A stretch of DNA of 63,759 nucleotides, filler included, from Reticulomyxa filosa (Eukaryota > Protista > Foraminifera): assembly GCA_000512085.1 (NCBI GenBank). It is 15 parts of 15 records of this genome, joined end to end, with 100 filler letters (N's around TTAATTAATTAA, not from the genome) between each part and the next. Parts side by side here need not be neighbours in the genome. Positions count along the whole stretch, not along the records: positions 1 to 24,958 come from ASPP01027208.1; 14 more parts are not named here. The stretch is one strand, 5' to 3'. Position numbers and translations under genes: made by a program. The notes below the pieces were generated by a model. The model was not told the DNA's origin. It saw nothing but the letters and a program-made list of their open reading frames with translations, and did no database searches. Shown piece after piece: positions 1 through 13,100 of this stretch; within the stretch, counting starts at the first letter, position 1, and each line of letters opens with the position of its first letter.

Positions 1-287
1 TTGTCCAATCATGGCTTGCAGTAGAGCCGATTGGGGTAAAGACATCTTGGGTTTCGGTTTTGCCCGAGGTTCAGTAGAAATTACCCAACCATCAAACATA
101 AAAGACTAGTATTTGCATCGAGAATTCTAATTTCCCTGAAAGCGTCGAACACTCTTAAGGCTAAATAATGATCGATACTTTCTTGAGCTAGACGACGTTT
201 GAAATCCTTACTTTACTTTTAAATCTCCTTCAAAATTTAAGATATGTCGAAGTATCTTGACACTTCCAACTGCAATCACATTCAAAG

Positions 288-1283
288 ATGAATTTTCATT
301 TAAGTAATAGTTCAATCTTAGAATCGGATCATGTGAAATATTTTGGATTGATTTTGGCAAAGCAGCAAAGAAACTTGGATATTTAATTTTCCTATATTAT
401 TATAAAGGAATTGGAATTACGAAGACAACAAGAAGAAGTGAAACTGTATCACAAGTGTATTCGATTGAAGTAAATTTCCAGATCACAATCTGGCAATTGC
501 GTATCAATTATGCGAAATAACCACGACATCGAAGGTGATGTAAAAATAAGTTGGATAGTGAAACTATCAACCCTGCCCAAAACATACATTTACGCAGCTG
601 AAGTTGGTATTCCAGATGTGCAGCCAGACCAATATCCTTACTCAAACAAGCTGCCAATGCAAATTACGAAGCTTCCTCATTCCAGTAAATCACCTTTCGA
701 GAAATGGAAAGGTCCAACATCTGAAGAAATCTTAAATTCATTGGATGAAAGCACAATTGCAATATTTGCAGACGGAAGTTGCAGACCAGAGGACTTGGAT
801 GAGCAGGGTTGATCATCCAAGATCCATCTCAGTCGCAACGGACCTAATTGGAATTCCCAATCAAAGGAATCACAACAATGATTGGCAGTGAAATCGAAGC
901 AATTCGACAAGCATTGGAAAAAGTTCAATTCCAGTACAAAGATGAAAGAGTATTAATTCTTTCTGGTCGTAAATTTGCTGTGAACGCGATTCTCAACAAA
1001 TGCAATTCAGAAGCTTATAACTTCTCAATTGCAGAATGTCAAAGATTGATGAAAGAACTTGGAGACAATGGCGTTTCTGAAATTTATTGGACCAAAGGAC
1101 ATTCTGGCATTCCTGGAAATAACGAGCAGATGCAGCGGCAAAGAGAGCGAGATTTTAAGCAGAGTTCCTGAATTATTTAGGAGGCCAGATAAATCGGCTC
1201 CATTTTTGAATTTCCATGGATTGAACTCATTCTTCACAGAAGAATGAAATCAACACTGGACAAATGAGGGAAATAAAATGATC
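288..1283 (+). mobile_element. Decayed non-LTR retrotransposon (LINE) pol remnant: RT C-terminus and RNase H, frameshifted
   Basis: VKYFGLIL near 333 resembles the RT KYLG motif. RNase H motifs IFADGSC, SEIEAIRQAL, VLILS and IYWTKGHSGIPGN, followed by ADAAAKRA after a frameshift, are split over several frames with stops. Confidence 0.8.
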
Positions 1284-1950
1284 TTGTGTCGACATTTCGA
1301 TGCTTCGTGATTTTTCAGTCCACAATACTTGCATGTCTTTCTCTTCTGTGGACACTCTTTCTCAATTTGGTTCAGTTTAAAACAATTTCGACATCGCTTG
1401 AAGTGATACTTAGGTCTTGACCTGTTCTTGTCAACTTGGACCATCTCACGTCCATCTGAATCTTGAAGGATCTTCATCACTTCTTCAGGCTTGGACAATG
1501 TTACCATGACAATTGGTATTCGGTTGAATCGCTTCACCACTTCAACTGAATAACCATATTCTCCCAATGTCTCTTTAATTTCATTTTCACTCTCCCGACT
1601 GGAACATTATTCAATAACACAGTCTTGTTAAGTTCAGGATTGTAAATTTCATTGACATATTTCATCAATAAATTTGACATCTGTGCTGTCGTTTGCTTTC
1701 TTGGATTTATCTTCTGATTTCTCATCCATCCGATGCCTTTTGCATATTGTTAAAAGATTCACATACTTGCTGCAGATGTTGCATATTCACATTCACAGCA
1801 AAATGAAATTGCCAGAGAATGTGTTAGCAACAACTTTTGCTTGAATTGGTGTAATCACCAATTCGGGGGCATTCATGTCGGAAATGTCATCATTTTTTGA
1901 CAATTTCCTATTCTTTGTCTTGATACTGTTTTGCTGATTTCGTGTGTTGA
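1284..1950 (-). mobile_element. Decayed LINE ORF1 (gag-like) with CCHC zinc knuckles
   Basis: CRNCFKLNQIEKEC and CKYCGLKNHEASKC knuckles follow a pre-knuckle region (VLLNNVP...GYSVEVVKRF) that is broken by frameshifts. Confidence 0.75.
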
Positions 1951-3052
1951 TTTAATCTTCGTGATAATGGGATTTTCAAATAACATTCAACATATCCGAT
2001 CATTACATGTTTTCAATGTCCATTGGATCCTTTAGAAGTACAATTGGCACCATCACAAGTTTGAGCATTTGCTTGCTGCATCTTATTTTGTTAGCACCTC
2101 TCTCGATAAAAAAAATTTTCTTTGACTTTGGCTCAAAATCTGTGAAGTTTATGCCGAACAGACGACGAAAGCTCCAAAAATAAATTGCAACAAGAAAGCC
2201 ACACTCCGCTCAATATTACAAAATCCAACAGCACCTCGTCCCAAAAGGAACACAGTATTCTAATAAAAACAAATAAAAAAAGGAAAAGATCAACAAAATA
2301 TATCAAAAACTCACACACAATCAACAACAACAAGTGAAAAAAAAACAATTTAAGTTTTAATTAAATCTTTAAAATATCAAAAAAAAAACAATAAAATCTC
2401 AAATGTTGTACGGCGAGATCAATCAACGGTTGGAAAACAATTTTCCCTGTAGAATGGTCAGTGGGAATTACATGAGCAATGTTAATACTCAACCGAATCC
2501 TCTTATCATTGTTTTCGAATTGTTGAAGTATCAGAGAAATATTAAGATTCAATTCATCTCTTTTAACAAATTAAAGCAAACTAAAACAAAAATAAAATTT
2601 AAACACTTATTATTAAAGAAAAGCATGTGAATATTAAAGTATATCAATTTTGTTCGCCATTCTTTATTGTTATTTTGTTTCGACTGTTCATTTTTTGTAT
2701 TTCGTTTGTTATCGCGCAAAATCGCAATATCAGATATCTGAAAGTTTTTAATTTGTAGAAAAAAATTTTTATCACTATAAAAAAAAAATTTACTAGTTTC
2801 AAAGTATTTTCTTTGTATCTTTGTCTTTGTTTCTGTTTTCGCCAGCTCTTTTTTAATATCTAACGTTCAAGGAAACAATAATTTTGCAACTTTTTAAAAA
2901 CTGTGATATACGAGTTATTTCAAGGAAGCTTTTTTTGCAGAGGGAAAAAACAAATCAAATAAACAGTATTTGCACAAGGAAACTGCTCAAAGCAAAAAAA
3001 AATTAATCTTAATAAATGGTGTGATGGCACAATTGCAAAAAAAAAGAAAAGT

Positions 3053-4931
3053 TTATTGCATTGAGTCGATATCTATATGCACTTGATCAGAATTTGTAGG
3101 TTCATGAATGGGAACGATGGCATTGCGAGTATGTTGTTGTCTGAGAGTGTCTTCAGCTGACTCTTGGAGTGCTCTTCTTAACTCACTTTCTTCCTCCGGG
3201 GTCAAAATATCTTGTGGCAACGTGGCTCCGTCTGCGGCGGCATTGGGCTGCCCTTGTCGTTGGAGTTGTTGATTAAATTGGCTCAAGTCTTGACACACTT
3301 GAATTCCACATAGTCCAAGAGTATTTTTTGCTATAGCAATTACAACCGTCAATGGCAAAAACACTACAATGAATAAAAATAACAATAGCCAGCCCATCCA
3401 ACAGCCACCTGTGCTTCATAAAAAAACATATGACACAAACGGTAAATGAATTGCGTCACACACAACACATGAATCTACAATTTTGTCATGAAACGTTTTT
3501 TCAATGAAATAAATAAAAAAAGCAAACCTAAGATATTGACAAAGGTACACTCCCGTTGTTGTCGTGGCGAATTGATAAAGGTTTCACAGCACCATGCGCA
3601 AGGAAAGCACACGCAAGCTAATGGCATAGCGATGGCCAACGCAGGCAAAGCAAAGATGCATCCAAAAAAAGCAACAATGACAACCAACCATCGCGGAGGT
3701 GGTCTACCGAATTCTCCTTCCATTCCTTCAAACTGCTTCCCAGAACATCCACTATTACCTTCTTTGAAATGGTTGGGGATTGGAATATCTTCAATTTCTT
3801 GCATGCAAAGCCAACAAAATGAACACGAGCATTTAATACACTTTTTTTTTTTTTTTTTAAAAAAGATATACGCATATATGGGACACGAGATATGTATCAA
3901 TATTCGATTTAAAAAAAGTTATCATACATCAGAAATGTACACATGAAACTAGATTGATTGCGTAAGAGATAAAAGCATATACATATACATACACATAACG
4001 TGAATATATATTTGTATGTGTGTATGACACAACTTTCATGTGGTTGCATCCACCACTTTTTTCGATTAAATATTTGCATCGAGGACAGCCTTTGGCATTT
4101 TTGGTAACCTCTTGATTCAGTTTGTCTTCTTTTAACATCCGCGATTCGTATGCTTCACAGCGCTCTTCGATGGGATGAGCGGCACTGTGATAAAAGCAGT
4201 ATTGTGTATTGCATTGTTCGCAAGCCATGAGCGGGTGATTAGGGTCACCCGTTTGCGTATGTTGGCACTTTGGACATTGTCGTGCGTTGGGGTTTTCCAA
4301 ATTTTCTTTAAAACGATGAAATTTTTCTTGAACACTTTTGTCAACTGTTTGGAGGATATCCAGTTCATCTACCATTTTGCCGCAATGCTCACTTTTTTAA
4401 AAAAAAAAGGGACTTTTTTTGTGATGGAGTACCCCCCCCCCCAAAAAAATAAATAAATAAAAATGTGTGGATTTACCTATTTTCACCTATTGGATGGAAG
4501 CACTTTAAATAAACATTACCGCTTTCGATTCGACTGCTCCAATACCCTTTTATACAATCCGTGCAAAAAGTGTGATTGCAGTTTCGCAATTTTAGACCTT
4601 CATGCACTGCGTTGTTCATGAAACAAATGTGGCAAAAAAATGTCTCTTGTACCATTCCTCCGCCATCTCCACGACTCAAAAATGGCATTGCGCCAGCAAT
4701 TGGGGCAGTTACAAAGCTGGCGATATTTGTCACGCTTGAGCGCCGACCGATTGGACGGATCAGCTGGTTGGATAGTCGTCGTGACAGTCTCCTTGAAGGC
4801 GACCCTTGCACTTCGTTGAATCCCAAACCGTTTGCTCCATTATCAATGGAATTTCGAAAGGTCAAAGGTGGTACACTATATTTATCATCCACAGAAAGGT
4901 CGTATACGACATCGCCGCGTTGCTGTAGCAT
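3053..4931 (-). CDS. RBR (RING1-IBR-RING2) E3 ubiquitin ligase with C-terminal TM segments and UIM; 4 exons
   Basis: Exons 4931-4477, 4391-4034, 3840-3528 and 3408-3053 join in frame through GT-AG introns. RING1 is CHIC..CNHTFC..C, IBR is CPKC..CEQC..C..H, RING2 is CPRC..GGCNHMKCIKC..FCWLC. Two hydrophobic segments and a UIM-like EEESELRRALQES follow. Confidence 0.92.
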
Positions 4932-5278
4932 CCCAACAATATTAGTTTTTTTTGTTCCCCCTCCCCTAGAACAGACTTTTAGAAAGTTTTTTTCTTAGTT
5001 TTTGGACTCAATCTTGCGAAATTGGAGGAAGAAAGAATTTCGAAGCAACATGAGTTTTTTTACCAATATTCTCAAAACTGTAGTGACATGGCAAGAACAC
5101 ATCAAGAAAGAATCTCACTCAATCACACAAAGGTCAACAAGAAAAAAGAAGGAAAACACGACAAAAAAAAGGAGATGAACAGAATTCGCAAGCTTGCAAA
5201 CGACAGTCAAAAAAAAAAAAAAAGAAACACAACAACACATTCGAGGCATGTTCGATTTGAATATGTATGTGTAGATCT

Positions 5279-7178
5279 CTATGACCCAGAAGGATCAAAG
5301 AACCACGTCAAATGCTGCGACTGTGGTGGCGAATAATAACTGTTTTGCCAACGTGCGCAGCAGCACAAATAGCAGCCGTTTTTACTCTGAGAAAAGACGT
5401 TTTCGGGGGTGTCTTCGGCGACACTGGAATTGCCATTGCCTTGATTCGCCAATAAGACTTTGGTCTTATCTTTGTCGGTAAAATCCAAATGCGACAAATG
5501 GGATTGCTGAATACGAGTGGCTTTCTTGTCCTTGGCAATCGAGAACGGCGATGTTTTGCAAGTGGTGCAGCACGGACAACAGGCGCAACAGAACCATAAT
5601 GCGGGATCAACTCCATGAACACGAAACACACGAAATCGATAGATCAAACAGCCGGATTTGCAGCAATAGTAGCAAAAAAACACCAAAGTGTGACTAACAA
5701 GCCAAGTAATGACAACAAAGAACAGCCAATAATATTCAATGTGGTCGATGTTTGTGGAATAGTGTGTTCCAAAAATCGAGTCAACGAACAATGAACTGGT
5801 TAGTTTGCTCTTTGTTTTGTCCAAATTCTGCAAAGCGAGTTCAGTTGATACTATTACACATATGTGTATATATATGCATGTATATGTATGTATGTATGTA
5901 TGTATGATATATATAAATATATCTCCTAACAGTAGTTAAAATAGACATATTCGGGAACAGCGTTGGCATTGCAATACTGATTAAGGAGAGGCGCAAATGC
6001 ATTGGTAGAGTGTTGGGAATGCTCGCGATAGGACACAGAGAGCATTTGTGGCAAGTGACTGACTTGCCACATGAGCACGAGTCCTACGAGGACGATCCAG
6101 AGCACCAAAAGTAAGTCAATAAACAAACGACACAAACGAGGCAAATGGTAATGCATTTTCATGACATGTTGTCTTGTGAGCAAGTCATTTCGGATTACTC
6201 GTTTGTCTGCGGCAAACGACATGTAAATGCTGCCACTTGCAGTTCTTAGATGCTTTTCGTTGTGAATGGGGGAAGCTACATCATCGCCGCTCATCCCATA
6301 TTCGAACGGCAGTTTGTGCTCCTCGTTGTTGTGTTTGCCGTCGTAGACCATTTCGGCCGAGAACAGATTGATGGCGGACGTCGCCGTGTTCTTCTTCGTC
6401 TTCTTCGCTCTCTCATTCATCGTCGACATCTGTTTGTTGTGTTGCACGTTGTCGTTGCCACCGTCGTCGTCATCGACATCGTTGACGTGGCCACTGACAC
6501 CTGCGCTCGCGCGTGCCGACCTCTGTCTCATGAATGTCGCATGCTTCTCCAGCGACATCACGTTGCCCAGGGCTACGCGGATGTTTATATTTGCAATGCA
6601 GTACTGCTCCAAACGCGGATTGGGCAGCAATTGCGCAATCAGCAGTCCTTCTGCGCTTACTGATTTCAGTCGAATCTATGGTATCGTTGAGTGATCCATA
6701 TTCTTTATTTCAAATAATAATAATTAAATAATATGTATACTTATATATTATTGTTTGGTTTTTTTTTTTTTTTTACTTTAATGTCGTTGAACAACACACT
6801 CGGCTTTGGCAATGGGAGGGTGCCATCTTGCCAGCCTTGGATAACATGCTCCTCAAACTTGTTTTCCTCGAGCAGTTGTTCGAAGGGCAACATAAAGCCT
6901 GGCGGATATTGTCTGTCAGCGGGCAGGGTGTCGTCAAAGTACAGCACGGCAATGTCATTGAGCTGCAGTCCAGTGAATCGCATGTCCTGCACTTCCACGA
7001 AGCGCAGCATGTCTCCACCGCGACCATGATGCTTGTCCGGCAGTACTTGAATATCTGCCCAACTAGTGACTGGGTTCCAACTGCGGATGACCCCTTGAAC
7101 CACCAGGTTGTTTTTGTCACGAATGATTACATCCACAATGTCTCCCGATTTCCATTTGTGTTCTTCTTCCACTCCACC
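5279..7178 (-). CDS. C-terminal exons of the giant gene: small beta-barrel-like domain, TM4, TM5, Cys-rich tail
   Basis: In-frame junctions DIK|IRLKS and FNY|LSTEL. Hydrophobic segments LFIDLLLVLWIVLVGLVLMW and YWLFFVVITWLVSHTLVFF. Tail contains CCACCPCC. Confidence 0.7.
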
Positions 7179-10100
7179 TGGTATATTTTGTTTACGTTTC
7201 TTGACAAAAAAAAATCTGACATATAAATAGATTAGATAGATTAACCAATGGAATGAATCGAATTGACAGTCAATGCTTTGGTCGGAGAGTTGGGTTGATC
7301 TGCCATCGCGCTCTCGTTTTGCTGCTTCTTATCAGGGACGGGCACACTGGCTAATGGAAGAGGCTCGCGAAGTGTGGACGGACTGGACATATTGGGAGTG
7401 GTAGCCACGGTCTCCTGATACTCGGGTGTAGCATCGAACTGCTGAGGCGTGTCTTCGACGGTGGTGCTTTTGACTTTGTCGTACGGCGACAGACTGTGAT
7501 TGGCCGCGCGTGCGTGCGGCACGTCCGGCACGTCCTGATTAGGCAACTGATCGACGCTGACGTTCAGATCGGCGCGAAGATTGACGGGCGAGTCCACGTG
7601 GCCCCCAAACTGCTCGCGATAGCGCTGCTTGGCCTTGGTGGCCTCATCGAACGTGTCGACGACAGGCAACTCGTAGATGCTGTCCATGTGTTGCATGTGA
7701 CGAAACGTGAACATGGCATTATCTGTCGAGTGCGGAGACGGGTTGGTCGGTGTGTCGAGCCACAACTTTGGACTTTCGGGTTTCGTCACCGTGAGTTTGT
7801 TGGGAGTGGACAAGTGATGGCCACCCTTGCCAGTGCCTTGCTTGTGAACCTTTATGTTTTCGATTGATAGTTGATTTGCGTTTGTTCGCTTGCCCTTTTC
7901 CTTGCTCGCTTCCGGCCTATTTGTCATTTTATTGTTATTGTTGTTAATGGTAATGGGTAGAGTCAATGCAGACACACAAATGGCAATACATTAGTTGCGA
8001 TATTCACACGCACACACACACATACCTGGCGTTTGTATTGGGGTCTTGCACTTGAAGTGATAATTCTTTGGTATTGTTGTATTGCATTGTGGATTGTTTT
8101 ATTGGTTGAAACAATAGATATTGGAAGAGTGAACACAATTGCTTGAATCAATTGAACAAATAGACAAATGGACAAATGGACAAATCAATAGATCAATAAA
8201 ATAAATAAAGAAATAAAGAAAGAAATACCTGATTCAATGATAGATAGCGGCTCGAGTTGCAGATTTTGATGAGGACTATCGTGAGAAGTTTCAGTATCGG
8301 TGGAATAGCCGTGGGAACGAACATCTCTGTCGCCAACCATTGGCCGTGGACGAGGAGCTGTGTTGGAAGGCTTGGTTGGGTTCGCATAGCCAGATGTGAC
8401 CTCTTCGTTGTCGCTGTCGATACCAAAGCGATGTTCATCATTCCAAATCGGAGTGGTTGTGAACGAGTCTCGAGGGTCGTTCTTGTCCACCACGCTTTTT
8501 TTACCCTCCATCGGTTTTTCTTTTTTGTCATTCATTCACGGTTGTGAGAAATGTGCATATCATTGTATACAACACATAACATATACATACATATGTATAA
8601 ATAAATATGAACTGATGTCACCAATCGCAAAGGCCTTACTTTGACGAGGGGTGTTTGCTTCCGAGGCCGAAGGTGTAAAATTGACAGACTTGCTTACGGG
8701 CGTAGTAGGCTTTGAAAACCTTTTCGTTGTTGGTTTGCGGGCTTTCGGAGAAGATGCCTGTAGGTCTCTTTCGGTGCTCAGCATACGCAGCTGTTCGAAC
8801 ACCCCGTTGTGTGAACTCTCTTCTACTTCTTCTTCTTCGTCGTCTTGTTGCTGTTCATTTTGTTGCATTTGGCCACGATTGTCAACCGGAGCTAGCTTCA
8901 AAGGAATAAACTTTGAATTTTGAAGCGGCCCTTTGGTGTTATTTCCCAATTTGTCTGTGTTATTTGTGTTGTTTGTGTTGTCTCCGTTGGCGATTGTGGT
9001 TGTAGTTGTAGTTGTAGTTGTGGTTGTGGTTGTGGCTGTGGCTGTGGCTGTGGCTGTGGTCATGAATGAGGTGCCTTTGTTTGTGATGTTGATGTTGGTG
9101 TTGGTGCTGGTGTTTGCGCTGCTTAATACGTCACTGTCGTACGGAGGCTTGTTATTCGTTTTCGTTTCGTTGGCACGAGCATTGCCATGTTCAAACATTG
9201 AACCAATGCGATGTGTTCCAATTTTTTTTCATTGATATTTTGCCTTTCTTTTTCATCTTTTTGTCATCATCATCATCATCATCTTCTTCTTCTTCTTCTT
9301 CTTTATTAGGACGATTGTTTGTGCCCATGTGTTCCTCCAGATTCAGCTCGGTTAACATTTTAAAGTTTTGAAAAGTGGTTTGGTTGGGTGTCTTCACTTG
9401 TGACGATTCGCTCGCTTCAAAGACCATTGTGTCACTGGTATTGGAATGCTCTCTGGTGTCGTCATTTTCATTTGCACTCGTCTTTGTATTTATATTTGCA
9501 TTTGCATTTGTATTGGTATTGACACGCCTTTGAGTCAAATCCACATTGTGTCTCTCTGCGGTGATACTATTTTGCTTTTGATTATAAGGGGTGTCCGTCA
9601 GACTCGCCTCCATTTGTTCCAAACGCAAGGGTGTGTCGGAGCTGTCTCCATTGGCATTTTTTCGAGGCAATCCGAAATTGCTGTTTGCACTTGCTTTGTC
9701 TTGTCTGATCTGTGGCAAAGGCTTGTGTTCGACCGGCGTTGTTGTTGTCGTTGTCGTTGTCACTGTCGTCGCCATGGTGTCGTTAACCCTTTTTGATAGC
9801 ATTTGCTCACTTGGCGTGTCTGCTTTGGTGGTGGTCGTGGTGGTTCTCGTTCTCAATTCGGTCAGGTTTTCCACCGTTTCGTCCATCTCCACCACGGTGC
9901 TGGATTGCGGTCCGGCCACGGTCACCGAAGACTCTCGATCGGTGATCACGGACGGCAAGGACGGATTGGCACGTGCTTGTGCATAGAAAAGGGCGTGACG
10001 ATGAACTCGGAATTGGGATTTGTGACACCGACATTTGCGCCCGCGGTATGCAGCGGCGGGGATCTGCGGATCACAAATGGGGGCTCGGTCGGCTCGCTCG

Positions 10101-13100
10101 AGTGGACGGTCCCAGACGAACCCATGTGCGAAACAGAGACTGGAATCGAAAATATTGCCTCTTCGTTCCCGTCTTTCTGGCTCGCATTTGGCATGTTCGA
10201 CCATGCCTTCATTGGGTATCCCCGCATAATACTCGTCCCACCCATCTCTGAACTCACACTGGAAGGTGTGTCATAGCGACTGCTGTTGTTCTTCTCGCGG
10301 TCCAATGTTTTCTTGTCTTTGGACGAAAATTCTTCACTTTGTTCATGTTTATTATTGTTACTATTATTATTATTATTGATATTATTGTTATTGTTACTAC
10401 TATTGTTTGTCCAAATGTTGCCACGATTGTCTTTGTCTTTTTGCCTCTGGGCAATAATGATTGGCAAGGGCTGCAAAGGCCCATTTGGAATGCTATTTGG
10501 AATACCATTTGGAATACCATTTGAAATACCATTTGAAATACCATTTGAAATACCATTTGAAATACCATTTGAAATACCATTTGAAATACCATTTGAAATA
10601 CCATTTGAAATACCATTTGAAATACCATTTGAAATGCCATTTGGATTGCTTGGCGTAAAAAACTCGTCTGTTGTTGTATTGGTAGGGAGCGATGTCTGCG
10701 TCTTTATACTTGGTGTAATCACATCATTTCCATCCACACGGATATGCAATGTCATATTTTTCTTGGCTTCTTCTTCTTCCGGAGTGTCGACGCCATGTGA
10801 CAACGCAATTGCATTTTTTTTGAGTGAACTTTCTGGCGCACGGATGGTGGAAGGCATCGCAACGGCCCCAGCGCGAGCGGTCTCTGTCACTCTAAAGACG
10901 TGTTGATAGTAATCACCTTTTGGAAATGGGACATTGGAGTTGCTAAGATTCGCGATCGACAGCACTGGTGGTGGAACATTCGATGCCGAATGTTGGCTAT
11001 TTTGTCCCAAGGTGGGACGAGTGATCTCATTTGAATTCATCTGAGTATTTGCAATTAAAAAAAAAAATAATAATAATAATAATAAATATATATATAATAT
11101 ATAATATATAATATATATATTTATTATTATTACTTACCTTAGTCATTTCTAAATGGGCAGTATCGTTTTTGTTAGAGGACTGAATACTGGTTTCATTTTG
11201 TTTGCTTGTCTCATATCTCCATTGCTTGTTTGGACTGCGCTTGCCTCTTGCATTGGCTTGTGAGTAATAATCACTGTCATTTTCGGTGCTGTTTGGGGTC
11301 GCGTCTCTTTGGGACATATCGTCGTCGCTCCTTTTATGGTTCACATCTCTGATGACAATGTGTTGACGAGGCCTTTTTTCCACGCTTGCGTCGCGAGTTG
11401 GTTTTTTATACGGTGGAAACTGAGAATGAAGGGGAGGACTCATACGCTGGGGTTGAGAGTGATCGCGATTGGAACTGGGATTGGAGATCTGGCCTTGAAG
11501 CTGTTTGTGTTTGTGTTTGTGTTTGTGTTTACGCTTGTGCTGTCGTTCTTGATGTTCGATTTGATAGTCTTCTTGTGCTTTGGACATGTAAATGCCCATT
11601 GCCAAAGTGTCGTCTTCAAAGTCTTTTCTTTGTGTTGCTCGCAGCTCATCTTTGTCCATTCGCTTGGTGACGCCCGACATTTGTTGGATCCTAGAAATCC
11701 AATCATTTTTTTTAAAAAAAGCAAACAAAGGAGTGTTTATGGTGGTATACAACACAAACCTTGTGCTCAAACGACGTGCGTAATTGACAATGCCTCCGTT
11801 CTTATCGTTGGGCACCGGTGTCTGTACGGACAAGAATTTGCCAAAGGCATTGGGCCTTCGATCGACCAGGCCACCATCCTGCAAAGATTGCGAATTTGCA
11901 GACTTGGAAAGGCTTCTTCGAAATCCAGTCATCACTTGGATGTTCTTTCCATCTTTATTATCATTGTCATTGTCATTGTCATTGTCATTGTCGTTGTCAT
12001 TATCATTGTCATTATCATCTTCTTCGTCATTGTCATTGTCATTATCGTCTTCATTTTCATCATCACCGTCATTTTCACTAGAATCTGTTCCCCCATTTAT
12101 TTAAAAAAAGTAGTAAAAAAGCAAACAAGAAACTCCGATAGAGGAGCAAACCTGTTTGTCCAGCGGTGATATGGTCTATAGTGTGATGCTTTTCGTCCTC
12201 ATTTTCATTTGGATGATGACTGTCCTCTGGTTCGTTGGACTTGTAAATAACGACTCCATCCCCATTCGATGGACGGGATGTTGTTGACTTGTTTCCCTCC
12301 TTTTTGTCCTCCTCTTCTGCGGTCACTTGGATAATAATTTCTTCCTCATCCCTGTCCCTTCTATCCTTATATTTGCCATTTGACAAATGGAGAGGACTTT
12401 GCAACGCCATGACATTGTCATTGGCAATAGAAGTGGTAACAGTATTCTTTTGTTTTTGTGACTCATGTTCTTTGCCGACAACAATAGTATTCATATCGGT
12501 GGCCGTATTGTGACCTCGGAAGCGCAGTTTATCGAACAAGTCTTTGAGACTGCTCGCCCCTTTGTAATGCGCCTTCTCCGTCTTTGCGTCTTTCTTGCGA
12601 TCATTGGATACGTCCAAGTGTGGATCATGATCTGATAACACAATGCTGACGCTGCTTCGTTTGTCAAACGTTGCATTCTTATTGGATGCGTCCTTGTCTT
12701 TGCCATTGGAAGAATGTGTGCTTTGGGGTATTCCATTCGCATGATGTAATTGTTTCATTGTCTCTTCGAGTTCTTGGAGATTGGCGCTTTTTTTTGGCTT
12801 TCGTGTGACCCATGTGCGAAAGTTCTCCGTGATTCCACTCCAGCTACGCAAAGCAGAAGGCTGCGGAGTAATCGACCGATGTTCGTCGTTGGCACTGACC
12901 TCGATTTGCACACGGGCAGAATCGCCGGCCTTTGTCTCGTCGTCAGTCACATGAATACGTTGACGTGTCCATGTGTCTTGGATTTGCAGTTCGAGTTGTC
13001 TGCATTTTTTCCGCGTGGAGTGCGTGTCTTTGCGCAGAGTGACGTATAAGTCACGCCATGCCACTTGCAGCTTCTGCAGTCGCTGATGCAGATAGAATGC

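Noticed and set aside
10481-10645. CRISPR-like array
   Set aside because: It is a spacerless 12-bp coding tandem repeat in a eukaryotic gene.
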